From Fibrobacterota bacterium (GTDB lineage: Bacteria; Fibrobacterota; Fibrobacteria; UBA11236), in the NCBI GenBank assembly GCA_043753995.1, contig JAYUVP010000093.1, forward strand, positions 1 to 40,181: DNA of 40,181 nt, in the 5' to 3' direction. This document shows positions 1-9,224 of the stretch, in pieces. The notes under the pieces are model-generated. The model did not search any database, was not told where the DNA came from, and worked only from the letters and a program-made list of their open reading frames with translations. The first letter of the stretch is position 1. Every line of letters starts with the position of its first letter. Both the position numbers and the translations under genes were made by a program.

Positions 1-1
1 C

Positions 2-1021
2 ATGGCTCCCATTGCTATCGGTGAAGCCCGCATTATTTGCTCGATAGAAAATTCGAAGGTGGCCGATACCTTGGTGGTCGCGATCAAGAACGTTTCCAAT
101 CCTACAACGCCCCTCGACAGCATCAGGTTGGCCTTGGATTCGGTGACGCTATACACTGACAAACCCGGAACGCAATTAGAATTCTTCACCTTTCCGGCGA
201 CTCAGCAGTTGGAGGTGATGTGGAGTGTTTATCCTGCAATTGCCAAGGTCAGCGCGGTAGGATTGATTGAGCCACTGGTGCCGGGTAACGGATGGGTGAC
301 GGTCATCGGCATCGGTTCGCGCTTGGTGAAAGATTCGATTCTGGTACGGGTTGTCGATACCACAAGCAAGCCTATTCAATGGATGAAGGACACATTGTTG
401 GTCAAAATTCAAGAAGGTCAGAGCGCTCAAATGAGGCTTGCTGATTCCCTCGTGAATCCATCGGGGCAAGCAATCGAGTTCATTCAATCTGGCACCAACC
501 CAAAGTTTGTCTTGCAAGCTGGAGTCTTGACATTTGCTGCTGGAGTTAAAGATTCTGGCGATCATTATCAAAGCGTTAGCGCTCGCCAAGGCGGAAAGGT
601 TTCGTCGGTTGTCATTCATGTGCGAGTTGCGCCCACCTATGTGAAATTGAAACTCACGGCAACCAATGGGTCGATAACGGCCATACCCGACCAAGCCGCT
701 TATCGCTATGGCGAAAAAGTCACGTTGATACCGGCTCCAAAGCAGGGATACATTTTTAGCCAATGGTCTGAAGACGCTTCAGGTACTGCGAATCCCTTGG
801 AGCTGACCTTTATTGCCGACAAAGCAGTGACGGCGGTGTTTACACCAGGTTCGGTTGGGTCATGCACCGAAGTGCTAAATGGTGCCTCGCTCAATCAGGC
901 CATAGTCAAGGCTTATCAACCGGGTCAGAATGTGGTAACTCTCTGTCCAGCCCCGGGTGGCCTCTTCGATGGCAAAACCCTTCAGGTGCTCGGCAAAGTT
1001 CAAATTCTCATCAGCAAGTGA
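2..1021 (+). CDS. Surface protein with Ig-like (Big_2/cadherin-like) and divergent InlB B-repeat domains; 5'-truncated at the window edge
   Basis: Beta-rich Ig-like segments (AKVSAVGLIEPLVPGNGWVTV) and a typical B-repeat: YVKLKLTATNGSITAIPDQAAYRYGEKVTLIPAPKQGYIFSQWSEDASGTANPLELTFIADKAVTAVF. The ORF is open at the window start. Confidence 0.75.
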   Translation: MAPIAIGEARIICSIENSKVADTLVVAIKNVSNPTTPLDSIRLALDSVTLYTDKPGTQLEFFTFPATQQLEVMWSVYPAIAKVSAVGLIEPLVPGNGWVTVIGIGSRLVKDSILVRVVDTTSKPIQWMKDTLLVKIQEGQSAQMRLADSLVNPSGQAIEFIQSGTNPKFVLQAGVLTFAAGVKDSGDHYQSVSARQGGKVSSVVIHVRVAPTYVKLKLTATNGSITAIPDQAAYRYGEKVTLIPAPKQGYIFSQWSEDASGTANPLELTFIADKAVTAVFTPGSVGSCTEVLNGASLNQAIVKAYQPGQNVVTLCPAPGGLFDGKTLQVLGKVQILISK

Positions 1022-1041
1022 TTTTTATGGAGACGCTCAGT

Positions 1042-2301
1042 ATGTTTAATCGTTTCAATTCAAAGAGCCCGCGTCCGGTTATGTTCCGGGCCGTTTTCGT
1101 ATCTATGTCAGCGATTTTGTTGGTGCTTGGAATTGTGCCTTCCATGGCCCAGACTTCAACTGTACCCGCATCGGCCATTCAATTCTTTGATACCACCGGG
1201 GTAGTACCGACTTCGAAATTCGGTTGGCAAGGCAATGCAACCACGGGAAAGTTTTTCATTGAAACGCCGAATGATGGCGCTGGTATGTCCCTGCAAAACG
1301 GCACCATGACCTTGGATGGCACGGTCAAGGCAACCACCTTTGTGGGCAATGGCAGTGGTTTAACGGGCATTGTGGCCACAGGGGCAACGGCGGCTGAAGT
1401 TTCCACGAGGCTTAAGGGCGACACCTCCTTTCTTTCCACAGTGCGCGGTGACCGTGGGTTGCAGGGTTTGCAGGGAAGCCAAGGTTTGCAAGGGTCGCAG
1501 GGTATTCCTGGGGTAAAAGGCGACTCTGGTGCGCGAGGTGCGCAAGGGATACAAGGCCAGCAGGGATTGCAAGGAACTCAAGGGCTTACTGGAGCAAAGG
1601 GCGACAAGGGAGATCCAGGCTCACAGGGATTACAAGGGCTTCAAGGCGTGAAAGGCGACCCAGGTTCGCAGGGCATACAGGGATTGCAAGGTTTGCGCGG
1701 AGTGGGGCTGGATGGGAATCCGGTGACGGCGCCTGTAAGGCTAAATCAGGGCGCAACTACGGGTTATTTAACCAGTGGGGGACTAAATGTGGAGACGACG
1801 AATATTCATGGTATTCTGAGTACGGTTTATGGTACAACAGGCGGCACCTCCGCCGCATACTTCACACGAAATAGCGTTAATAATCAAATTCAACAAATCG
1901 CCGCTTTTGCAACAAGGTATGCAGATGGATCTGAATACGCGGCGCAATTTGTTGGAAACGTTAACATTAGTGGAGGCACTTGCACGGGATGTGCTTCGAC
2001 TGGTTCCGATCGGAATTTGAAAACGGACATTCAATCAATCGAGACACCAAAGGATAAAATCTCCCAAATTAATGGGGTTTCATTTAATTGGAGAAAACCC
2101 GCTCCGGGTCAAGAGCGAAAACAGTTTGGGGTTATAGCTCAGGATGTGCAAAAAGTGCTCCCCGAGGCCGTTTTTAAGCGGGATGATGGGTATTTTGCCG
2201 TTGATTATAATGCCATCATCGCCTTGTTAGTCGAAACAGTGAAGGACCAGCAAAGGCAAATTGATGAATTGAAAGTATTGGTGGGCGGAGGGAAGAAATA
2301 G
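1042..2301 (+). CDS. Secreted collagen-like trimeric fibre protein with C-terminal peptidase S74 (intramolecular chaperone) domain
   Basis: GGAG at 1029-1032 before ATG 1042 (alternative starts 1027, 1081). Signal peptide ending VPSMA|Q; 28 Gly-X-Y triplets; S74 motifs SDRNLKTDI...INGVSFNW...FGVIAQDVQKVLPEAV...AVDY; terminal coiled coil. Confidence 0.85.
   Translation: MFNRFNSKSPRPVMFRAVFVSMSAILLVLGIVPSMAQTSTVPASAIQFFDTTGVVPTSKFGWQGNATTGKFFIETPNDGAGMSLQNGTMTLDGTVKATTFVGNGSGLTGIVATGATAAEVSTRLKGDTSFLSTVRGDRGLQGLQGSQGLQGSQGIPGVKGDSGARGAQGIQGQQGLQGTQGLTGAKGDKGDPGSQGLQGLQGVKGDPGSQGIQGLQGLRGVGLDGNPVTAPVRLNQGATTGYLTSGGLNVETTNIHGILSTVYGTTGGTSAAYFTRNSVNNQIQQIAAFATRYADGSEYAAQFVGNVNISGGTCTGCASTGSDRNLKTDIQSIETPKDKISQINGVSFNWRKPAPGQERKQFGVIAQDVQKVLPEAVFKRDDGYFAVDYNAIIALLVETVKDQQRQIDELKVLVGGGKK
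1447..1698 (+). repeat. Collagen Gly-X-Y repeat tract (28 consecutive triplets, GLQ/GSQ/GIQ/GDP rich)
   Basis: Translation GDR GLQ GLQ GSQ ... GIQ GLQ GLR, counted from the sequence. Confidence 0.9.
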
Positions 2302-2525
2302 GAGTTTTATGATTAACTGTGGGGTTTTTAACAAGCTGGTCATCCTGCAAAATATTGCCGACATAAAAAGCTTGGCAAAGCGGCTCTACGCGACATCGTG
2401 TGAGTGCAGCAATTCGCAAGGCGAATTAGGATTGAATTCAAAAAACTCGTTCCGGCTTAAAGTCAATAGGCAATGATGCATACAAATAAGATGAATCTAC
2501 AAGCATTTATAGACAAGCTAGCACC

Positions 2526-3155
2526 CTAGTCTTTCCCATAAAAACACCCATAGATTTTTTTGAGTACCTCAGTAGCGCTTTCCCTAAGTGCTGCTTGAGC
2601 GCTTTCTGAAATTTTGTCGATGGATGGATCCCAAGAAAAACTACAATCTGATTCCTCATCAAATCCATTGGGAATCTCCCCCCGCATAACATATTTGACA
2701 TTTTTAATGTGCGCCATATACTTGTATGCCCTAGGTTCATCTCCATTTGACAGTTCATACAAGAAGCGAGAGTCGGCGATTGAGTCATTATCAAAATCAA
2801 AAACACCTATTGAAGAATTGTTGAATGCTAAACCGGAAGAGTCCGAGTTTGAGAAATCCCGAATTTTCCACTCGATTTTTGGAGAACCTGAAGATTTAGT
2901 AATAAGCTGCTTTACTTCTATTTCATATTTTAAAGGTGTTCGCCCGTTGTACTTTTCTACTAGGGAGCATCCCAGCAAGAAATGCTTTCCTGATTTATCC
3001 ATCCAAGTGAATTGAAACAAGGGTGCGCCACTTGCACAACCTATGCTTCTAGGCAGGTCATTTACTGGGACTTCTTTGAAATTAAAATCTATGGACTTGG
3101 AATCGCAATTCGCGACCGATAGCGCCAATAAAACGAAACCATGAATCCTTTTCAT
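2526..3155 (-). CDS. Predicted lipoprotein (M949_RS01915-like family); candidate immunity protein for the upstream amidase
   Basis: MKRIHGFVLLALSVAN-C lipoprotein-type signal (non-canonical N at -1). Motifs WMDKSG, WKIRDF, DFDNDSIAD..FLY, KYVMRG. Starts 2 nt after the upstream stop; AT-rich. Confidence 0.6.
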   Translation of the reverse strand: MKRIHGFVLLALSVANCDSKSIDFNFKEVPVNDLPRSIGCASGAPLFQFTWMDKSGKHFLLGCSLVEKYNGRTPLKYEIEVKQLITKSSGSPKIEWKIRDFSNSDSSGLAFNNSSIGVFDFDNDSIADSRFLYELSNGDEPRAYKYMAHIKNVKYVMRGEIPNGFDEESDCSFSWDPSIDKISESAQAALRESATEVLKKIYGCFYGKD

Positions 3156-3157
3156 AA

Positions 3158-5110
3158 TTACCTCGTAGAAGCGAAATCGCCTTTTTCAAAGTCTCTAGTT
3201 GTATCGGTACCTAGTGGTTTTTGGGAGCCAGAGTGACCTGTGGGTAGCCGATAAGCAACAAAGTCACTTTTTGGAAACCAGGATTCACACACTTTTCCTT
3301 TGCCTGATTTACCTTGGTTGCCGCCAAGCAGAATATATCCAGGACGATTCTCACCATATGATTTTTGTCCTACAATCAAACCTACATGGCCCCCACCTGA
3401 GGCGTATTTAATAACCCCAACACATCCCCGCACAGGCGATTCAATTTTTTCACCCCAAATCTGCCATGACAAAGCCTTTGCCTCACCTGTTCCTGGAATA
3501 CCTGCTTGGAGCATCACCCAATTCATGAAGGCAGAGCACCACGCTGTCTCGTCGTTTGTCGCCTTTAACGATGTGGCTGAGTGGTATTCAATAATTCTTG
3601 GATTGTTGTCGTTACCCAGTATTTCTTGGGTACCAACTTCCTTTTCGGCGATGGCTAACCACTGGGGATCGTCAGAATTCTCAACCGGCTCGTTTTGGCT
3701 TTGTGGTGATGGCGCTTCTTTCACCCCATCCGTCTCCTTCTTCATCAAATCATCATAGAACTTGCACCCAAAACCCTTGACCGTCCGCTCACCCGGCTTC
3801 TTGCATTCCATATCACATGGCCCGGTGCTGGTACCGCAGGGGAAATCCACCGGATAGTTAAAGCTTTCCGTAAGTATCAAAAAGGTTGCCCGCCGATTTT
3901 CGGCGCGTAATTCGTTGCCTGCTACGTAGCGATTGAAGGAGCGGCAGCCCACATAGGGATTTCCTGCTACCGAGCGAATATGTCGATCGTGAATTTCAAC
4001 TTTTCGCTTTTCGCCTGTGATATAAAGTCGATAGAGTTCATTCAGGTTATTGTCTTGGGTAAACTCTAAATTCGGGTTTAAGCTTTTACCTTCTTTCTCG
4101 TTGACATAAACAATGAAATCCCGAATAGCCTTGCTTGTCTTCTCCCCGGAAACTCCGTCGACCTTGCCATTGAAAAACCCCATGCCTTGAAGCATGCTTT
4201 GTTGTTCCCAAACTCCCCAGCGCTCTGCATCGGCGATGCGACCCCACATACAATAGTCGCCTATCAAAAAGGCAAAGGCTGCTTGTGCGCGCCGAGCGCT
4301 CAGCTTGCCGGGATCTTCTTCATCCCGTTCGACATGCCCGAAAATCACAAAATGCGCCGAATCATTCTCCTTCCACCAAGTCTTGAGCGTGCTCTCAAAT
4401 TCGCGAAAAACCTTGAGGTATTGCGGGGCAATAAAACTTTTGTTTTGGGCAAAGTGAATCCCTGAAACCAAGGTATGCTTGAATTGGATTTCAGCGGTCT
4501 CGGTCACTTCGCGTTCGGTGCCATCGCCATTTGACCAATCGGCGGAGCAATGTTTGGCCTTAATAGCAAAAACGGCTTTGATTGGGTCACCGGATGGCAC
4601 AACCTCACTGGCTTTGGGTATGCACACCTTAGCCACGGCCCGCCCAGAGGCGTCGGCATTCGTATTGGTTATTGAATGGGCCACGGGTTTGAACCGGCCT
4701 TTTTCTCTAACCAGTAGTTCAAATTCGACGCGGGTTCGGAATTTTTCGGATTCAGGCACTTCGAATTCCGCAAAGACTTCCGGGTTGCTCTGAAATTGGG
4801 TTTTGTCGGCGACCCAACCAACCTTTTTAAGTCTGGCCTTGGGCTTATTCTCTACGGGGTCGGCAACCGGCTCCGGATTGTGCTCACCTAAACCAGCGGT
4901 AGCTTCGTCCCAGTCTTTGTCAGCGGCTTTTTGTTTGGCTTGTGCCGCGCTGCGTGAAGTGCCAGATCCTGACCGACCCCCACCGCCACCCAGGCCTGGT
5001 CCTGGTTTCGGCTGCGGTGTCGAAGTGGCATCGCTTGGGGCTTGAGGCTGGCCGAATTGGGCAGCTTGCCTTAGTAATTCCATGCCAGGTAAATTGAAAA
5101 GCTCGCTCAT
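3158..5110 (-). CDS. Multidomain peptidoglycan-targeting protein: Pro/Gly-rich N-terminus, OmpA-like domain with inserted PG-binding domain, Cys-rich linker, C-terminal TIGR02594 (NlpC/P60/CHAP-like) amidase
   Basis: OmpA-like motifs GIHFAQNKSF, IFGHVE, LSARRAQA, NRRATF. PG_binding_1-like QSMLQGMGFFNGKVDGVSGEKTSKAIRDF. TIGR02594-like PQWLAIAEKEVG..NPRIIEYH..DETAWCSAFMNW..GHVGL..LLGGNQ. No signal peptide. ATG 5110 (alternative TTG 5119). Confidence 0.8.
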   Translation of the reverse strand: MSELFNLPGMELLRQAAQFGQPQAPSDATSTPQPKPGPGLGGGGGRSGSGTSRSAAQAKQKAADKDWDEATAGLGEHNPEPVADPVENKPKARLKKVGWVADKTQFQSNPEVFAEFEVPESEKFRTRVEFELLVREKGRFKPVAHSITNTNADASGRAVAKVCIPKASEVVPSGDPIKAVFAIKAKHCSADWSNGDGTEREVTETAEIQFKHTLVSGIHFAQNKSFIAPQYLKVFREFESTLKTWWKENDSAHFVIFGHVERDEEDPGKLSARRAQAAFAFLIGDYCMWGRIADAERWGVWEQQSMLQGMGFFNGKVDGVSGEKTSKAIRDFIVYVNEKEGKSLNPNLEFTQDNNLNELYRLYITGEKRKVEIHDRHIRSVAGNPYVGCRSFNRYVAGNELRAENRRATFLILTESFNYPVDFPCGTSTGPCDMECKKPGERTVKGFGCKFYDDLMKKETDGVKEAPSPQSQNEPVENSDDPQWLAIAEKEVGTQEILGNDNNPRIIEYHSATSLKATNDETAWCSAFMNWVMLQAGIPGTGEAKALSWQIWGEKIESPVRGCVGVIKYASGGGHVGLIVGQKSYGENRPGYILLGGNQGKSGKGKVCESWFPKSDFVAYRLPTGHSGSQKPLGTDTTRDFEKGDFASTR

Positions 5111-5240
5111 GTTTCTCAACGCGGGTTTGAGAGGAATCGTTATGGGTCAAAACATAATCTTTTCCTGGGGCAGAAGGTTGAGTTTAGAAGGCGCAGACCA
5201 TGCTGAATCGTGCCTATGTGATCTTCATCACCCTTTCTAT

Positions 5241-6074
5241 TCAGCTTTCTATCAAGCGGAGCAATTCGCGGTTGAGTGCGCTGGCATGCGTCCAATTCAG
5301 GCCATGCGGCGCATCGGGAATCACGACATAGCGGCTGCCTTTCACCCGTTCATGGGTCAATTCGCCGGTGATGGCGATGGGGAGTATCCGGTCGGCATCG
5401 CCATGGACAACGAGAGTGGGCACGGTGATGGAGGCAAGGTCATGACGGAAATCTTCTTGCCAAGCGGAGACACAATCGTGCGTGGCTTTAGGTGAGGCGC
5501 CTACGGCGACCATCCAGCTCGCTTGCACGGCCTCTTTGCTGATGAGGGTGTCGCCGAGAACATCGACGTTGTAGAATTTTTTAAAAAAACCAGTGAGGAA
5601 GGCGGGACGGTCGGCAAGTATCGCCTTCTGGGTGTCTTCAAAATGGCTCGCGCTTTCGCCTGACGGATTGCCGGCGGCTTTAAGCAGGTAAGGTGGAATG
5701 GCGCTGATGAATGCGGCTTTGGCGACGCGTTCCGCTCCGAATTTTCCAAAATAACGGGCGACCTCGCCGCCCCCCATGGAAAAGCCAACGAGGGTGGCAT
5801 CGCGCAATTCGAGGCTGACTAGGAGCTTGTGTAAATCGGTCGTGAGCGTGTCGTAGTCATAGCCAAACGAGGGTTGACTGGACAGGCCGAAGCCACGGCG
5901 GTCATAGGTGATGACACGGTGACCCGCGGCGAGCAAGGCGGTCACTTGTTTCTCCCACGATTGCCCACTCAATGGCCAACCATGAATCAGAACGACGGGT
6001 TTGCCTGAGCCATGGTCTTCGTAGTGAAGATCGATGTCGCCGGAGTTTTCCTTATCAACCGTGAGGTAAGGCAT
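5241..6074 (-). CDS. cpo: Alpha/beta hydrolase, non-heme chloro/bromoperoxidase (perhydrolase) family
   Basis: YEDHGSGKPVVLIHGWPL, YDRRGFG, nucleophile GFSMGG, HGDADRILP, APHG. Confidence 0.9.
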   Translation of the reverse strand: MPYLTVDKENSGDIDLHYEDHGSGKPVVLIHGWPLSGQSWEKQVTALLAAGHRVITYDRRGFGLSSQPSFGYDYDTLTTDLHKLLVSLELRDATLVGFSMGGGEVARYFGKFGAERVAKAAFISAIPPYLLKAAGNPSGESASHFEDTQKAILADRPAFLTGFFKKFYNVDVLGDTLISKEAVQASWMVAVGASPKATHDCVSAWQEDFRHDLASITVPTLVVHGDADRILPIAITGELTHERVKGSRYVVIPDAPHGLNWTHASALNRELLRLIES

Positions 6075-6201
6075 GGGTCATCCGTGGGGAGTAGGAGTTT
6101 CTAAACGCATTCTGTAATGGGTTTTAAAACTGGCTCCTGCCGCGCGCAAGGACATTGGGGTGATGACCCCATGCGATCGAATGTGCCCAACCTATTGGGC
6201 C

Positions 6202-7758
6202 TTAATCCCCTTTTTCGATAGGCTTGTAGAAAACCAAAGACCTAGCCTCCCGCCACACGGCGCGAGTAAAAATCCATTGCAGCAAGGCTTCGAGGGCGAG
6301 GCCAGCCAAGAGGCCGAGCCCGAGGCTCCAGGCAGCATGGCGTGGCGTGATTTCGGCGAAAGGCAAGGCATCCCAGGGGGAGAGCGTCTTTCCGCCGGAT
6401 CCAGGTATCAGGCGAGATACCGTTACAGCCACGAGACCTGAAGCTGAACTGATGGCCAAGGCAGGGAGAATGGCGCGCGCCCAGGCGAATAGTCCCAGTC
6501 CCGTGGCCTGCCGCCGCAAATAGGCGTCATAGGGCACCAGTACCAGAGTTACCCCAAAAACCATGCCCCAGGCAATGCCCGCAGGCCCGAAAAACGAGCC
6601 GGCATAGGCCACCAGGGCATAGGTCAGCACGGCGGCGACATTGAGCTTAAGGCTGGAGTCGGCGCGGCCCACGGCGGGCAAAAGCGATCCGGCGGGCTGT
6701 CCTGCGGTGGTGATAAAGCCCCACAAGCAAAGGGCCTGGAAAATGGGCACCACACCTTCCCATTGCGGGCCCAGCATGAGGCGCAGAAGCGGAGTCGCGA
6801 GAGCGGCTCCCAGCAAATGCACGGGCGCGGCGATTGCCGCCATGAGGCGGGTCGAAAGCAGGAGGGCCGCATGTAACCGCAAGGTTTCCCCTTGCAGGCG
6901 ACTGAAAATGGGCGATGCGGTGCGTTGGACCAAGGGCGCGAAAAGGCTCAATGGGCGTAAGGCGAGTTGGTAGGCCACAGTATAAAGCCCCAGGGCAAGG
7001 CCGCCAAGAAGTCGGCCCAAGACCAGTTTGTCGAGATGGCCGACGAAAAAGCCCAGCATGCGTTCGGCGAGTTGGTAAGCCCCGAAGGGATAAAGCGGAC
7101 GCAAGGCAGAAGCCCGCAAGGAAAGGCCGAAACGCCAAGGGGACCGTAACGCATAGAGTACGGTTCTCGTCGCCGTATTGCTTACTTGAGCCAAAACCAA
7201 GGCACGCGCATCGCCAAAAAAGTGTAAGCCTAAAGCCGCTCCTGAAAATCCGGCGAGGGCAGCGGCAGCCTCGGCCAAACCCAGAACCTTGAATCGCAAT
7301 TCACGCTGCAATCCCGCTTGCGCCACCGCGCTTATAGCCATCAGGGGAAAGCAAGGCAAAAGGCCGAGCACCAAGGCAGGCCATTGCGGGCTGGCAAAGA
7401 AATCCGAACCCAAGGCAGTGGATAGGCTATACATCCCTAACGCTATGAAAAGGGAGGCGGCGAGGGTGAGGCCGTAGGCCGCTAATTGCATGTCGCGCGT
7501 GACTTGCTTTGCTTGCAGCAAGGCCAAACCGAGACCTAAATCACATAACCCTTGTCCGAACCAGAGAAAAAGCGAAGCCGCGCCCATGGCTCCAAAGCTC
7601 TCGGGAGGTAAGGCGCGCGCCAGCCAGGCCAATTGCACTAGCTGCACCGAGAGCCCGACCATGGCCGCCATGCCCTGCCAGCGCAAGGCCGAACGCGCGG
7701 CCGGGCGCAGAGAGCCGATCGCCGCTTCCGGAGGGGGTAACTCCGAAGCTAAGGTCAC
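6202..7758 (-). CDS. wzx: Wzx/PST-family polysaccharide flippase (WzxC-like)
   Basis: Many hydrophobic helices; LARALPPESFG, DLGLGLALLQ, LQRELRFK, DKLVLGRLLG..ALGLYTVAY. Probable GTG start at 7758 overlaps the upstream TGA (GTGA). Confidence 0.85.
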   Translation of the reverse strand: MTLASELPPPEAAIGSLRPAARSALRWQGMAAMVGLSVQLVQLAWLARALPPESFGAMGAASLFLWFGQGLCDLGLGLALLQAKQVTRDMQLAAYGLTLAASLFIALGMYSLSTALGSDFFASPQWPALVLGLLPCFPLMAISAVAQAGLQRELRFKVLGLAEAAAALAGFSGAALGLHFFGDARALVLAQVSNTATRTVLYALRSPWRFGLSLRASALRPLYPFGAYQLAERMLGFFVGHLDKLVLGRLLGGLALGLYTVAYQLALRPLSLFAPLVQRTASPIFSRLQGETLRLHAALLLSTRLMAAIAAPVHLLGAALATPLLRLMLGPQWEGVVPIFQALCLWGFITTAGQPAGSLLPAVGRADSSLKLNVAAVLTYALVAYAGSFFGPAGIAWGMVFGVTLVLVPYDAYLRRQATGLGLFAWARAILPALAISSASGLVAVTVSRLIPGSGGKTLSPWDALPFAEITPRHAAWSLGLGLLAGLALEALLQWIFTRAVWREARSLVFYKPIEKGD

Positions 7759-8873
7759 TTGGGCGATACTCCCGTGAGGAAGGCCGGCAACTTTTCGGCG
7801 AATGCCTGCCAATGCCAGGATTCGCGCGCCCGCAAACAGGCTTGGTGATGGATCTTCCAGTTCGCAGCCAAACTTTGTAGGCCTTTGGCAATGGCCTCGG
7901 GAGAAAAGCTGTCCACCGCCACGCCCACCGGGAATTCGGCGAGAAAGGCGCGATGCGATTCATTGTCGGAAAGCAAAACGGGCAGGCCCGCATGCAAATA
8001 ATCGAAAAGCTTATTGGCCAAAGTCAGAGCGAAGCTTTCGCAAACCGGCTGCATGAGATGCACGCCGATATGTGCCTCGGCCATGGGCGCACGCAAAGCT
8101 TCGAAGGGTACTTGGCCGTGAAAGGTCACGAGTTTGTCCACGCCCGCTTGCTTGGCCGAGGCTTCCAGGGCATGGCGCTCGGGGCCGTCGCCATAAACTT
8201 CCAGGCTCCAGCCCGGAAGGGAGCGCATGGCCGTGAAGGTTTCACTTAGCCCCGAAGCCACGCGTAAACCGCCCTGGAAAAACAAGCGAGGCGTTTCGCC
8301 CTTCGCTGGAGGCGCAGCCACCGGAGCATCGTTTTTCAGAGGCGGAGCATTGGGCAAAAGCAAAAGCTTGTGCTTGGGATAGCGGCGCGCAAACCATTTC
8401 AGGCAGGCTGGCGAAACCGCGATGACATGCGACACCAAGCTCACACCGGTATTGTGCCAGAAAGTCCAGAAGCGACGGCGCGAAGGGCGCGAAAGCACCA
8501 TGGGCGTTTCCGTAAAAAGTTCGTGCGCGTCATAGATCACGGTTGCGCCGCGAAGCTTTCCCATCAGGGCCAAGGTCAATAAGGGAGGGCAATCGAGGCT
8601 AATCCAAATGCGGCTACGCGTGGTCAGTAGCGCGAGAATAAGCCGTAGATGAAAAATCAAAAAGGCAGGCCCGAAGCGTTCGAGATGGGAAATCGAAGAG
8701 ATCTGGCGAATGTCAAAGCCGTCCCAAGCACGACCCAGCGGGTGCCGGGGCTTATCGCAAAGTATCACGGGTCGAAAACCCGCCGCGCGCAAGGCGGAGG
8801 CCTCTTTGAAACAGCGATGATCCATGCTGAGGTCGGTAAGTATGGCGAGCAGGACTTCGGGGGAGGGCTTCAC
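7755..8873 (-). CDS. Glycosyltransferase family 4 (GT-B)
   Basis: DHRCFKEA, IYDAHELF, VYGDGPER, VTFHGQVP, NKLFDYLHAGLPVLLSD. Confidence 0.9.
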   Translation of the reverse strand: MKPSPEVLLAILTDLSMDHRCFKEASALRAAGFRPVILCDKPRHPLGRAWDGFDIRQISSISHLERFGPAFLIFHLRLILALLTTRSRIWISLDCPPLLTLALMGKLRGATVIYDAHELFTETPMVLSRPSRRRFWTFWHNTGVSLVSHVIAVSPACLKWFARRYPKHKLLLLPNAPPLKNDAPVAAPPAKGETPRLFFQGGLRVASGLSETFTAMRSLPGWSLEVYGDGPERHALEASAKQAGVDKLVTFHGQVPFEALRAPMAEAHIGVHLMQPVCESFALTLANKLFDYLHAGLPVLLSDNESHRAFLAEFPVGVAVDSFSPEAIAKGLQSLAANWKIHHQACLRARESWHWQAFAEKLPAFLTGVSPK

Positions 8874-8924
8874 AGAGGCCTTAAATTACGAAAAGGGTTG
8901 AATTTCTGAATGGTTCGGCTCATC

Positions 8925-9224
8925 CTATTCCCCGAGAAAATCTTCCATCGGCAAAATTTGTTTGAAGTGGCGCACCGTCAAGAGAAAAAGGCTTTCGCCG
9001 CTGAGGCGATAGATGATTCGATAATTGTCGTGTATCAACTCACGAATGACGGGCGAATTTAATTCGGGAACCTTGCGTCCCAGCTTGGGGGTGCCCTTTA
9101 GCGGCTCAACCTTTACCAGCAATTTTCCAAGCCACTTCTGGGCATTTTGGGGGCTATCGATTTCGATATAGGCGAATATTTCCTCAAGTCGACGATAAGC
9201 CGTTTGAGTCCACAGTATTTTCAT
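8925..9224 (-). CDS. Type II toxin, RelE/ParE family
   Basis: MKILWTQTAYRRLEEIFAYI..DSP..A, PKLGRKVPE, IRELIHDNYRIIYR; 4-nt overlap with the antitoxin. Confidence 0.9.
   Translation of the reverse strand: MKILWTQTAYRRLEEIFAYIEIDSPQNAQKWLGKLLVKVEPLKGTPKLGRKVPELNSPVIRELIHDNYRIIYRLSGESLFLLTVRHFKQILPMEDFLGE

Noticed and set aside
862..1041. N-terminal ORF-track extensions (starts 862, 7812, 11532, 20687, 32099, 37397)
   Set aside because: They overlap upstream genes or lack an RBS; downstream starts fit the RBS, signal peptides and translational coupling better.
1042..2301. Prophage tail-fibre locus
   Set aside because: The protein has a signal peptide and no other phage genes are in the window.
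2460..2520. Fluoride riboswitch-like GGCAATGATG
   Set aside because: No complementary stem or pseudoknot partner, and no downstream co-oriented gene.
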